Positions 48,250 through 60,410 of a DNA stretch of 64,000 bases are shown here, one piece after another; the first letter of the stretch is position 1; every line of letters starts with the position of its first letter. Both the position numbers and the translations under genes were made by a program. The notes under the pieces are model-generated. The model did no database searches. It saw nothing but the letters and a program-made list of their open reading frames with translations, and had not been told where the DNA came from. The stretch is from Vicugna vicugna. Its lineage: Eukaryota. The stretch covers positions 310,001-374,000 of the forward strand of contig MU058252.1 of assembly GCA_013265495.1 (NCBI GenBank), read 5' to 3'.

Positions 48250-48650
48250 CCGGGAATCCGAAGTCTTCGCTCTCCCCAACTCCATCCTCCATCACCCATC
48301 CCATCTTCCCGCCCCGCAACCCCCGAGCGGCGAAGAGCAACGGCGATCCCGGGGCGGGGCCAGCGGGGGCCAGCTGGGGGGGACATCGGGGTGGGCGCGG
48401 TCAAGGAGCAGGGACTCACCGCCTGGCTCAGCCAGCTCCATAGCGGACCCTGGGGCACTTCCGGGCGGGAGGCGCGGAGGTCGCAGACACCTGAAGACAC
48501 CCCCCCTTCCTCGTCGCCACCTCCGCCGCCGCCCGGAACATTGTGGGACTTGTAGTCCGGCGCGGTGCTCAGTCCCCGCCCTCTGCGCTGCGGACCCACG
48601 TGCGGGGCTCAGTTGTCTGGTCCCAGTGCCCACAAATTGCTGAGGGGTCG
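48250..48650 (-). promoter_or_regulatory. TMUB1 CpG-island promoter with a ZNF143/THAP11 motif
   Basis: GGACTACAAGTCCCACAA on the - strand at 48541-48558. Confidence 0.75.
48420..48540 (-). other. TMUB1: Probable non-coding exon 1 of TMUB1
   Basis: Lies in a CpG island with donor GCG|GTGAGT at 48420/48419 and a matching acceptor cctctccag at 47500. The 5' end is approximate. Confidence 0.6.
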
Positions 48651-49029
48651 ACAGGGGCGGGTTTGGGGGATTTGCTGGCCCCTAGAGGTTTGGGCAGCAG
48701 CAAGATCCTCCCAGTCCCCCGTGGACAGCCAGAGCTCCTGTCACTCCGGAAACCACCGTCAGCTGGAGCTTGTCAGAGCACTTTTGAGATGCATGCAGCC
48801 TCTGGGGAGCTCAGGTGGACCCCACCCAGGCCTACTCTTTTGTCAGAGTGGAGGCCAGAAGGCATCCTGGATCCTCCAAATTGGCTCTTCAGCCCAGAGC
48901 CCAGTATTCATGGGCTGCCCAACCAGGCTGGCTGAGGTCATATCTGTCTTCAGGGCTGGCCACGGTGGCTTGAGTTGCCTTATTTCACTGGTCCCCTCCT
49001 CCACTATGCCCCTGTAAGACTGTGCAAGG

Positions 49030-49250
49030 AGCGTGGACTTTAGAACCTGGCACAAATGCTGATCCCTTATCCTGTGCTTATCAACTGTATGATCTTGGAT
49101 GTGTTATTGAGTCTCGTGGAATCTAAATTTTGTTGTTCCTAAAACATACCTCATAAGATAATTGTATGGAAGAAACTGGGTGTATTATTAAATAAGTGTG
49201 AAAACTATGTAGGGGACCTGTCACACAGCAGTTATTTGTTCACTTAGTAT
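49030..49250 (+). mobile_element. MIR fragment
   Basis: ACTGTATGATCTTGGATGTGTTATT...ATACCTCATAAG core-like text. Confidence 0.45.
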
Positions 49251-49554
49251 TAGAACACTCCCTCCACCCAAATCTGAGCTCAGAAATTGAGCCCTTAGAG
49301 TATTGCTGTATAGGGAATGCTGAGCCTCAGCCTGATCTGGGCCAGTTAATTTCCATGGGTTTTCCCTCCTTCATCTGGGCTCCTATAGCCACAGAGAACT
49401 CATCCTAAATTCCATGGGCCAGTCAATTAGAAGTAATGTACCCTAGTGTTCAGATAGCAAATGCCTACTTGTGGGAGCAAGCACTCCAAATGTTGCCTTG
49501 GGAGTGTCAGTTTAGATTTATGACATACAGAACTAACTTATCTCTAGTTCCTTC

Positions 49555-49740
49555 CCTCCCATTTATTCATTTATTCTAGAAATACTTATTAAATGTATAC
49601 TATGTGCCAGACACTATGTGAAGTGCTGGGAGTACAATGGTGGATCAGACTCTATCCCTGCCCTCTTGTGGCTCATATATTAATAGAGGGAGACAGACAA
49701 TCAGCCCACCAGTGATAAAACTGGTGCGTGCTGGCTGGTG
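49555..49740 (-). mobile_element. L2 fragment
   Basis: CATTTATTCATTTATT...ATTAAATGTATACTATGTGCCAGACACT.TG..AAGTGCTGGG. Confidence 0.65.
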
Positions 49741-51122
49741 GGACAACCCTTGTGAGGGGCTCTTTACCCTCAGATCTCTACTGGGAGGTACCTGGTGCAA
49801 CTTCTTGCTGTCACTTCAAATTAAGCATCTAAAAGACATGTTAGATATTGCTTTTAGACTAAGCCAGGTGTTCTGTTCAATCACTGTATTTTGCAGATGA
49901 ATCTCAGAGAGGATGCAAGACATTCTTAAGGTCAAACAGGTAGGTAGAACCCACATCTCTCAGGAGCTAGGGAGGCCACAGGTGTTGATTGGCTTGGACC
50001 AGGTTCTTTGGAAGGTACAAGAAACTTAGGAATGGTGACTGGGTTGGTCCTGGGGTAGAGCTGTATGGTAGCCAAATGGTGGGCAACTTTATGCTGGGAA
50101 AAGACTCAGCTTGGCCTAGGAAGTGGAAATGTCTGTAAAAAGGATAGTATGTGTCAACTGTGCCAGAGGACATTGGGGTGTAGCCCTGGCAGGCTGACTG
50201 GGGCCAGTGTCCTGCACATGCCACCTCTTCTGGGGTTTAGGGGTGGGTGGTTGGCAGAACTGCATACAGCTTTGGCAATGGGGTTGCAGAGGAACCAGAA
50301 CATTGAAGGGAACTCCTTGGCTCCAGGAGTGGACAGGAACATGGGATGGACAAGGGAGAGAGGACAAGGAAAATTGAGACAGTCATGTGGACTCCGGTGA
50401 TTGTCTTGAATGGGGCGAGTAGGGGAAGAAGGCATAATAATTGATTCTTTTCTCTTCTTCCTTCCCCCTTCCATTGGGGTCCAGAAGCATTCATGAATCC
50501 TCCTCCAGTCTGACAATGGAGGTCTTTTAGGAGAGACTGGAAGATAAGAGTAGGGATGTTTAAAGTGTCATTTCCAAGAGCCCCACAGATGAGGCTCTCA
50601 GGGAGAACTGGAAGTAGAAGCCGGGAATCCAGATTTCCAGCCTCTGTGCTGCAGCCGGCAATGGAGAGTCCAGGGAGGGCCAGCGAGAGAATCCTGGGTC
50701 AGGGTGGTCTCTAGAGTTGACTTCGGGGCCCAGGGACAGGAGAGCCTGTGCTGCACTGAAGGCATGGCGATGTAAGGGAAGCGCGGCTGGGCCTAGGCTG
50801 GCGACCTTCCTCGGCCAATCAGCCGCACTCATCAGCACCCTCAGGAGCACGGCACTGTTCGGGCACCGACCAGAGATCGGACACCCAACCCAGACCAGCG
50901 CAGGGAGGCGAAAGCGACAGCCGATGCCGGCAGGAGGGGAAGGCAACCATCCCCTCTAAGCGAGTGGCCTCGCGGCGGTTGTGGGTGGGGGCTGGAGAGG
51001 AGGCGGAAGGGCCAAGGCTGGGTGGGAGGGGCCCGGCGGCTGGGGCTGGAGCGCGCGGCTCGGAGGTGGAGGCTGCAGAGCCAGAAAGCGAGGGGCGGGG
51101 GCGCTGGAGCCCGCGCGCAGGA

Positions 51123-51655
51123 NNNNNNNNNNNNNNNNNNNNNNNNNNNNNNNNNNNNNNNNNNNNNNNNNNNNNNNNNNNNNNNNNNNNNNNNNNNNNN
51201 NNNNNNNNNNNNNNNNNNNNNNNNNNNNNNNNNNNNNNNNNNNNNNNNNNNNNNNNNNNNNNNNNNNNNNNNNNNNNNNNNNNNNNNNNNNNNNNNNNNN
51301 NNNNNNNNNNNNNNNNNNNNNNNNNNNNNNNNNNNNNNNNNNNNNNNNNNNNNNNNNNNNNNNNNNNNNNNNNNNNNNNNNNNNNNNNNNNNNNNNNNNN
51401 NNNNNNNNNNNNNNNNNNNNNNNNNNNNNNNNNNNNNNNNNNNNNNNNNNNNNNNNNNNNNNNNNNNNNNNNNNNNNNNNNNNNNNNNNNNNNNNNNNNN
51501 NNNNNNNNNNNNNNNNNNNNNNNNNNNNNNNNNNNNNNNNNNNNNNNNNNNNNNNNNNNNNNNNNNNNNNNNNNNNNNNNNNNNNNNNNNNNNNNNNNNN
51601 NNNNNNNNNNNNNNNNNNNNNNNNNNNNNNNNNNNNNNNNNNNNNNNNNNNNNNN
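51123..51655. other. Assembly gap (533 N) over the AGAP3 start codon
   Basis: Run of N. Confidence 1.
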
Positions 51656-51737
51656 TACGCCATCTACGACCTAATCGAGCGCATCGAGGACCTGGCGCTG
51701 CAGAACCAGATCCGGGAGCACGTCATCTCCATCGAGG
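51656..51737 (+). CDS. AGAP3: AGAP3 (centaurin gamma-3) first coding exon, visible 3' part; the gene continues beyond the window
   Basis: YAIYDLIERIEDLALQNQIREHVISIE followed by G|GTGAGC donor. The start codon is hidden in the 533-N gap. No exon 2 (SFVNSQEWTLSRS) was found downstream in the window. Confidence 0.9.
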
Positions 51738-54700
51738 GTGAGCTGAGCTGGGGGCTGCAGGAACAGGGGCTCGGTGGCCCCTCCGGCGCCGGCTGGGAGC
51801 TTTTAGGGCCCGTTCCGGCCACTCTCTATCTGTCGGGGGTCCTCGCGCGCCTGAGGTCCGAGCCACGCGGTTTGTGGCTCTGCAGCGCCGGCGGCCAGGC
51901 TTCGCCATTTCTCGTTTGGGGACACTTTGGGGCTGGGGGCAGGCAGGTCCCGTGCCAGGGGACACGTTTATTGATCTTGGTGCTCCAGGGCGTGAAGGTG
52001 GTGTCGCTCCAGGGACGGGTGCACTAGGAGCTGCAGAGGTTCAGGGGACCTCGGGCCAGGTCTGGTCAGGCATGGCCGAGGAGGGTGGGCGCGGCGGAGG
52101 GCCTCGGCGGGCCGGGAGGTGGGGCTGCTGCTGCTGGAGAGGCTTCTCAGCAGCTGTCCCGGCCCTGCCCGCGGCGAAGCAGGGGATCGGCTCGGAGCCT
52201 CCCGTTAGTAGATGGCAGCATTCCAGGGCCCAGCGCCCGCGGGCCCCGGAGGGTGGCACTCGCCGCGGCTCCCTCTCCTGACGCACATCCCCGACGCTGT
52301 CGCGGCCGGGCGGGCGCGGGCCGGACCTGGCGCGGGGCTCGGTAGCCGCGGCCGCGTGGGAGGCGCCGGCGGGGCCAGTGGCGCCTTCGCTGGGTCCTAC
52401 GCGCGCCGGGCACCCGCCACTGCTCTGTAGGGAGCAGCTCGGGAGGCGGGCCCGGGGCTGCTGGGCGCTGACCGACCTCCAGAGACACGGCACCAGGCGT
52501 CAGGGACCAGAACCCCGGGCCACTGAGCTTTCCAGCTCTCCGTTTTCTAGGCTCTCGGCCCTGGACTTCAGTTGCGGAGGGGCAGAGGAAGTGGGTGCAC
52601 GCTGCCGGTAGATGCCCCAAGACCCCTGGTGTTGTGGGGGCGGGCCACACCCGCAGGCACCCCAGTGGCCTGGTGACCTTTGAGCGCCAGTCGGGCAGAT
52701 GGGCCTCGTCCTGGACCATCTGTTTCCACCTCCCGCTCCATTTGAAGGGGGACACCCACCAGCAGGTGGTGGGTTCGACCTCAGTGGAAACACACGGAGA
52801 GTGCAAGGCCTTTTGCTGATGACACGAAGTTGTGGGCAGGGGCCTGTCTACTCCTTGAGCCTCACAGTTAGGGCCGTACTCCCATCTTTCTCTCTTTGTG
52901 TGAGGCTCTGTGGGCTCCTTTATCTGAACACCCCCTTTCTGCTTTCAGAGGTCTGCATAGCTGAGGAAGGAGCATTTGGTCTTTCGTGGGTAAGGGACCT
53001 CATTTAGAGCTGGGATCCTGCCCTTTTCTGGTAACATTCCTGTCTGATTTCTTCCTCCAGCGCTCTCTCATCTCTTTCCTCTCAAGGCTGAGTTCACTGT
53101 GAACTAATTAGATGATAAAAAAAACTCATTAGCATAGATCTGAGTAAATGGCCTGAATCATCCGTGTGGCTAGGGACCAGGAGATGGCATTCGTGTGAGC
53201 CGGGGCCCCAGAGAGAGGAGATGACCAATTTTTCCTCCTAAATCTGAAGGGGTGGAGTGGGGACAGCTGCCATTCCCTGTAGCTTCACTGTTTCTCATGA
53301 GGAAGTCAGAGAAGTTCCCAGTCAGCTCCCAGATGCCGCCCCCACCCCCACCCCCACCACCCCTTTTGGAGGGTGAAGAGACTCGGTGGGACAGACACAG
53401 GAGGGGAAGCGGAAGGCAGCCAAAGCTGGGAGAGGCAGGAATGGGCTGGATTCCACATCTCATTCCAGCTTCCTTAACAGAGCGCCCCCCTCCCCGAGCT
53501 CAGGAGGTCTCTGACTGGGCATTGGGGTGATGTGGAGGCCACAGTTCCTGGGACACACTTGTGTTTTCACTCCCCACCCCCAGTCTTGAATTCAACATGA
53601 CAGGCCAGATTTCCCCTCTTAGAGCCCTCCCCCTTGACCAACTTCCCCGCTGCGGTTTGGAAGTACCCCATGTTCCGTCTGCCTCGGCTGGAAGCTTGGT
53701 ATCACCATCGCGGATCCTGAGACCCAATGTCTCATTGTCACCAGGCCCAGCTGCTCCTCACACATCCGTTCCCAGCTCTCCTGGTCCCTGCTTCCCTGCT
53801 CTTTCTTGGCAAGGCCTCCCAGCTCTTTCCTCCTTCTCCCTCCTCTTTTTCCCAGCCTCTCTCCTGGAGCCCATCTTTATTACCCACCTCACTCTAGTTT
53901 CCCACTTCTGTCACCCCAGCTTTGCTGTAGGCAGGCAGCAAAAAAAAAAAAAAAAAAATATCCTTTCTCTCTCCATCTGCCAAACCATATTGCTGCTGTC
54001 CTGCAAAGCAGCGTCCCCATCTTCTTTCTTGTTGGGGGGGGGGAATAGCTTCTCACTCAGCCTGACTGAGTCCCCCCTGCCAGGGCCCAGCAGACCTAGG
54101 TTGAGGCTGTTACGTTACATAAACACATTCATAGCCTGGGAGGCTGATCCTGTTTACTAGGGATGAGCCTCTCAGTGGGAAGGGATGGCATTTTCCTAGC
54201 ATGTAATAAGCCTCCCTTGGTGACAGTACTTCAGTGAAGGGTGCATGTGTCCCAGCTCTGAAGGTGATCGGGGAGATGCGGTCAGGATGCATTTGGGCCG
54301 GAGGAAGTGCAGTGGCACCTTGCCCTCCTGTCCTTCTCGCTTCTTTCAGCCTCTGAGCCCGTGGCCAGGGCAGGAAGAAGCAGAGGAACTTTCAGCTTTC
54401 CTGTGTTTCAGGACAGGATTTCAAGGGAGGCAGACCGTTTTGAAAAGTTCCTTTTCCCACCAAAGGCCAAGGAAAGAGAAAACCTGTCCACCCTTCCGTC
54501 TTAGGGGATGAGAGAGGTATAACCAGGAGCTGGGATGGAGGGATAGACAGCTTACCACGTGCAGAGCCTTTGGACCAGTCTCGCCTGGGACGGGGGAGAG
54601 GGGACATTGAGGCTCAGAGAAGCTAGGGACCTAAGCCAGGATTGGCAAGGATCCTGTGGGGCCTCAGGCAGGAGCCTGCAGGGAGGGGAGTTCCTGGGAC

Positions 54701-57700
54701 TTGCCTGGGTGTCCTGGCTGTGTCCTAGAAAGAGGGCTGCAGAGGAAGCAGGCATCATTGGTCCAGATGGGGGACAGCCTGGGCACGTGGAACACGGGAT
54801 CCTGGGACAAGTGAGCCAGCAGCTCGCATGAACTGTTGGGAGAAGCAGCCCTTGGGATCCCAGCAGGTGGCCTGGAAAGGCTGGCTTGTCCCTGAGTAGA
54901 TGTGAACCCAGGGAGGTCTGCCCAGGGAGGCCCATAGGCAGGGCCTATAATGGACAGCAGCCACAGACATGCCCTGCGGCTAGTGTGTGCAGGAACCCGG
55001 CTTTGTCAACTCGGTGACTCGTTCCCATCCCCCTTGGTTTTCCCATACGGGTTTTTAAGCTGTGAAGTTCCTTGGAGAGGTCAGTCACCTGGCTGGCCTG
55101 TTCCTCCCTCACTCTTCCTCAGTCACAGGGGCATCGTCTGCCTGCCTCTGTGGGCTCCCTGCTCGGTAACATTCTAAAGATTCAGGTAAAAAGAGGTGCG
55201 GGTTTTCCTGTCTGGTTTAAATCAAGGCTAGAGAGAGTAGGGGCCCGGGAGCTGTGGGCCGGACGGTCAGACAGGGCGGGGCACACTCTTCCTGCAGCCT
55301 GCCTGGGGCTTTAGTTTGTCCCTTGTTTGTCTGTGTTCGTGACTAGATCCTAGCCACACCCCTGTGATGCAGAGAGAAGCTCTCCTCTGAGCTAATTTGC
55401 TAATTTGCCTTTCTGTCTGCTCTGGGGGTGGGCATTCCCCAACCTGCCGCTAAGACTCACCTGCGGGGCTTGCTCAAGTGCTCGTTTCTGAGGCTCCCTC
55501 CGAGGGATCTGATTTGGTGGGTTTGGGATGGGGGCCTAGAGATTTACGTTTGTAACTTCCCCGGGCCATTCTGGTAATCAGCTAGTTGAGGGAGTGAGTA
55601 CCTGGTGGGGGACTGGTTATTTAGGACTTGGCACAAAAGAGCTTTAGGAATTCTGAAAAAGAGGATACCTGTGTGGGTGCCAGTGGCCAGGGAACGATGC
55701 ATTTGTTCCAGATACATTTATTTAGCTCCTCCTGTGTGGCCCAGTTGCACTGAGCGCAGTGGAAAGCAAAAGGAAAGGGGAGGTGGGGAGGGAAGGGGCT
55801 GAGCCAGCACTCTGGACCTAGAAGGTGAATGGACCAGCCTGTAGGAGGTGCCAGAGGGGGGATTGGAAGTGGCGGGAATAAAGCCCAGATTTTAAGAAAA
55901 TCAGGGTAAAGGTTAGAGACTAGGGAATACTTGTCAAGACCCCAAGCCTGCATGAACTCAGGCGGCAGAGAGATGGACACACATCTCACCCCCCATCAAA
56001 CCTTGTTCACTGCACTCCAGCTGTCTGCCGGGTGGAAGACACCGTATACATAAGACAATTCTTGCTCCTGAGTCCCCTGTGGCTGACACATACTATAACT
56101 TTCCTCTACCATTTATTTCTTTAATTGAATGTGTGTGCCAGTTGTGGGGTGTGGGAGGCATTCCATGCAGATGGAACAGGTTTGCAAAGGCAGCAAGGGC
56201 CAGTGAAAGTGTAGCACGGGGTTCAAGCAGGCTGGTCTGTGTGGCTAGAGCGTTGAGTCCCTGGGGGACAGACAGGAGGACCCTGGGTTGGGAGCCTGTA
56301 ATGCTTTATCCTGTATGAATTTATTTGCCCCTCTCCATGTTCCAGGAGACCGTTGGAGATGGCACTTAACCCTGCAGGAGATGGGCTGTCTTGGGAGGGT
56401 CAAAGCAGGAGGCAAACCGCGGGTTGCATTTGAGAACGCTTTCAGCTGGATCAGAGGGAGCAGGGCTACAGGGAGGCCAGGCGGGAGGAGAAGTGGATTA
56501 GTGAGCTCTTAGTGTGCACAGTGTGCATTTGACTGTGAGCCCCTCCTAGCAGCTGTCAGCGAGTCTCTTTTCTCAGAACCTCAGGAGCGGAGGATGGAAA
56601 GAGGCCCTAGCTTGGGGAGCTGAAGCTAGGGAAGCAGACCATTCAGCATCAGCCAAACACAGGACCCTTTGGCTTGCCCCCATTCTCTTCTTAACATGCA
56701 GGTAACTTGAAATTAGTTGAACAAGATTGTGTTCCTCCTGATGCCTAGTCCACGTCCACCACGCAGGCCAAGGGTAAGGGGCAGCTAATTTTGGAGGTTG
56801 AAGCTGAAGCACTAGGGTTCTGGAAGCGGGAAGGGGAGGTGACCTGGAACACCTGCTCTGAGGACGCAGATGCTGGGCTGCACAGTGTTCCACCTGTTAA
56901 CATTCTCCGCCTGCTTGCTGGAGGCTGTCAGCCTCTGCAGTCCTTTGCAGTCTTCTCGTCTACACAAGTTATCATCTCCATTTTGCAAGTTAGATAGCCC
57001 AGGATTTCGATGGAGGCAATTCCCAAGGCCCCACAAGGAGCAGCAAAGCCAGGGACTCCGCCTGGTTTTCCAGCTCCAGGTCTGGTACGCTTCCCCTCGC
57101 ACGGATGGACTGACTGAGCTTTGCTGTGCCAGGCTGGACACCCATCAGCCCTTCTGAGATGCCTCTTAAGGAAAACTTTGACCTAGAGTTTAACTTTTGG
57201 AAGCTTTTAGGAAGTAACTTAAGGATGATTCAGAGCTCTTCTTTCCTGCCGTGGTTTTCTTCTGGATGTCTTGACTCCCCAGCTGGATAGTGGCTCTTGG
57301 AGGGGTCTCTCCCTTCTGTGAACAGCAGGGATATTGTGTGTAGTAGAAAGATGCTTGATCAAGAAACACTCCAAAATATTTAAACATTTAAAAAATGTAA
57401 ATGTATATTTAAATGACAAAAATAATGCGTGTCTATTATAACACACTCAGATGTGGAAGGAAGTGGAAGAAACATGTGGTACCCCCACCAGGTACCTGTT
57501 CTTGGCTGATGTGCACCCTTCTGGTCTGCCTTGTATCCTGCAGTATCTACTGTCTACTACTCCATGATTAATGATATTATTGGTGTTTCACAGCAAAAAT
57601 GGGCATTTCATGGAAAATCCTCCACTGGGAGAAGGGGAACCAGAGACTCACAGATTCACGAAAGGCCCCTGTGTTCACCCCCCTGCTGGGGAATCAGAAT

Positions 57701-58849
57701 ACCTGGGTTCTTCTTCCTGTTCTGCTGCCGACTGGCTTTGAGAACTTTGAGAACTTGGCCGAGTCACAAAGGCACACCTTCCTGTCCCCCAGCCCCTTCC
57801 CCCGCACTGGCCTGTCTTCCTAGAGCCCAGTTCTGGCTGCATCTGCACAGCTCGCTGTGACTTCACAGGCGAGTGTTTGGACCACCTCGGTCTTGGGTCT
57901 CTGGTCCAGGGAGGGCAGGTTCTGCTCTGTATGAGGTTCTGAGCCTGACTTGTGTGCAGCATGTGACATGCTCTGCCCGGGAGTCCTCAAGGAGCTGGTC
58001 ATTGAAGAGGTCCTGTGCCTCAGTTCCCGCAGGCAAGATGGAGGGGTCATGCCAGCGCGATGGGGTTGGGCGAGGCAGGTGCTGACAGCGGTGCCTGGCC
58101 CAGAGCGATCACCCAGTGTATGCTTTCGTGATCTGAAAAGGCTGCCTAGTGCCCTGGGCAGGGCTGTGAAGTTGATCCAAGGTCCCTGGTACATAGATCT
58201 TCACACACTTGGTCTGATTATTTTCTTTGGACACATTCCCCAAAAGAAGAAAACAGTGGGGCCATTGGGCAGGTGACCTTTTGGGGACGTTAGCTACACA
58301 CACCACACTGCCCTGCAGGAAGGGCTTTCCAGTTTCCTGGGGCAGTGATGGCTTATTGCCTGCCCCTACCCTGTCCACTTGACAGGTGAAGAGAAGTGAT
58401 GAAATGATTTTCGTTGTTTTATTTTGTGTGTATTTGATTACTGATGAGGGTCAACATTAGACAAAAATTTTTTGGTCATGTGTATTTTGTTTAATTCTGT
58501 TCACATTGTTTATTCTTTTTCCACTTGATTTGTTACTCTTTTTCTTATTATGTGTAAGACAGTTTTAATCTCCAGTAGAGACTGGGTGTATGTACAATGC
58601 TGTTTGCGGAGGGGCATCACCATCTTAGTCCCCCAGGTGGCACTCTGGCCCTCCTGGGCCCTGAGCCGAACTGTCCTCTGGGCACTGAGGAGGGAGCCCA
58701 CACCGCGTGGTCCCAAAGGGATGTGCCTTTGCTGTTTTTTTGCCTGTTTATAGTGTGGGATTTCTTTCCACCTTACCTATCAGCACCCCCCTTGCCACTG
58801 TTGGTGCTCCCACTACAGCAGTTTCTCTTTTGCCTTTTTTTTTTTTTTG

Positions 58850-59030
58850 AGTAAAGGCAGATTTATTTAGAGAGGTACATACTGCATTGAGTGTAGGCTG
58901 TTTCAAAGGGTAAGAGAGGCCACGAGGTGTGGGGGTTGGGTGCTCAGATTAGTGTAGAAGTAGGTACACACTCCGTAGACAGAGTGTGGGCCATCTCCAA
59001 AGAGGAGGGAGAGAGAGGAGGCCCTCTTTT
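58850..59030 (-). mobile_element. Probable ERV1-class LTR fragment
   Basis: AGTAAAGGCAGATTTATTTAGAGAG...AGACAGAGTGTGGGCCATCTC resembles Laurasiatherian LTR R/U5 text, with a minus-strand AATAAA. Family not assigned. Confidence 0.4.
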
Positions 59031-59459
59031 TGCCTTTTAATTTGATGTTTTGACGGCTTGCAGACTTGGGGCCCAAGCTCCTAGAGTGGGATTCAAGCCA
59101 CCACTGCCTCTTCATGTGTGTCTGTGTCTCTGTGTGTGGCGGGGCAGGGAGGCCGGAGGTCTGGACCCCACTCGGGGCTCCTACTCTGCTCCTGGTGGGC
59201 ACTCCCCGCTCCTCTGCCTGGTTTCTTTCAGGGAGGGGCTGATGCACTTCCCTGCCCAGAGGACTTTTTTGTTAAATAAGCCTCAAATGAAGGCCCTCTG
59301 ATGAGAAGAGCTGTGAAGATTTGGCACCTTTCAGTCCCTCTGAAGCTCCCCCTTGTCTTGTCTATTGCTTCTGGATGCTTCTAGACTGTTGGATGACATG
59401 GTAAAATGAAGCCTGGGCGTCCTCCCTTCTCTGTCACAGTCTGTATGGGGTAATGGGTA

Positions 59460-59640
59460 CAATTCGGCTCTGGAGCCAGGCTATCTAGATTTAAATTCCT
59501 AACATTCAGTACCTGTGTGACCTTGGGTATGTTCCATAACCTTCCTCTGTCTTGGATTTTGTGTTGCTAAAATGAGGTTAACAAGCATCCATCTTACTGA
59601 GTAGGTTTGAGAATGAAGTGTGTTCACACGGGCAAAGCCT
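59460..59640 (+). mobile_element. MIR
   Basis: GGCTCTGGAGCCAG...TGTGTGACCTTGGGTA.GTT..ATAACCTT.CTCTG core. Confidence 0.7.
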
Positions 59641-60019
59641 TTAGACCAGCCCCAGCCCCAGCCCCTCGGAAGTGTTCCCATGGAGCTCCGGCACCATTCC
59701 TAAACTAGGTGCTAGTTGCTGCCTTGGCAGGGCTGTGGTGAGGACCAGGTGAGGACATGGGAGTGGGTGTCCCACCTGCTACCTGCGGCGGTGGCTTCTC
59801 CAGCGGTGTTCCCTGAAGCCCTGCGGGAGAGCCCTGGGGGCAGAGTTTGGGGTTAGTGGGTCTAGCCTGGCAGAGCCTGGGCAGGGGTGCCAGGTTGTGA
59901 TTCGTCTGAGGTTCCAGCTGAGCGCCTGGGCCATGGCTCGTCACAAGGAGTGTGTCACACAGGCACCAGCATTGTCTTCATTTGACTGTTTGCCTGTTGA
60001 CTAAAGCATTTACTCTAAT

Positions 60020-60410
60020 TCAGCACCAATTACATATGTGGCTCACGTGTAAATTTAAATTTTTTAGTATCCATGTTAAGAAAATAAAAAAGTGAAATTT
60101 TAATAATATATTTTATTCAGCCCAATATGTCTGAAATGTTATCTTTTATAATTTTTTTAACGGAGGTTCCGGGAATTGAACCCAAGACCTTGTGCATGTT
60201 AAGCACGTGCTCTACCACTGAGCTATACCCACCCTTGAAACGTTATTTTGACATATAATAAAGATTAAATAATTTTAATGAGAGATCTTACATTCTTTTT
60301 TCATACTCAGTCTTCAGACTCTGTTTCACACCCTCAGCACCTCTCCGTTTGGACTGGCCACATTCCAATTGCTCAGTGACCACACGTGGCCAGTGGCTAT
60401 GGTATTGGAA
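60020..60410. mobile_element. MER33-like hAT-Charlie DNA transposon remnant, interrupted by a SINE
   Basis: AT-rich body (AATAATATATTTTATT-CCCAATAT...) and terminal GCCACA..GTGGC.AGTGGCTA.GGTATTGGA, which resembles my recollection of the MER3/MER33 consensus. Confidence 0.7.
60143..60234 (-). mobile_element. tRNA-Ala-derived SINE, same family as 8453-8567
   Basis: The reverse complement reads GGGTGGGTATAGCTCAGTGGTAGAGCACGTGCTTAACATGCACAAGGTCTTGGGTTCAATTCCCGGAACCTCC followed by an A-tail. TSD TGAAATGTTAT / TGAAACGTTAT. Confidence 0.9.

Larger units (their letters stand above)
50700..52500 (+). promoter_or_regulatory. AGAP3 CpG island (promoter and exon 1)
   Basis: Very high GC/CpG content flanking the 533-N gap. 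Confidence 0.7.

Noticed and set aside
50956-52027. Long ORFs of 235-348 aa
   Set aside because: Artefacts of the 533-N gap; only 51656-51737 is supported as coding.
53939-53957. Isolated poly(A) run (also poly(T) runs near 58835 and 61543)
   Set aside because: No attached SINE body or retrocopy was found for 53939 or 61543; these are simple mononucleotide repeats.
58397-58444. Possible C/D-box snoRNA (GTGATGA...CTGA)
   Set aside because: Only 48 nt long, with no terminal stem, no D'/C' boxes and no recognisable rRNA guide.
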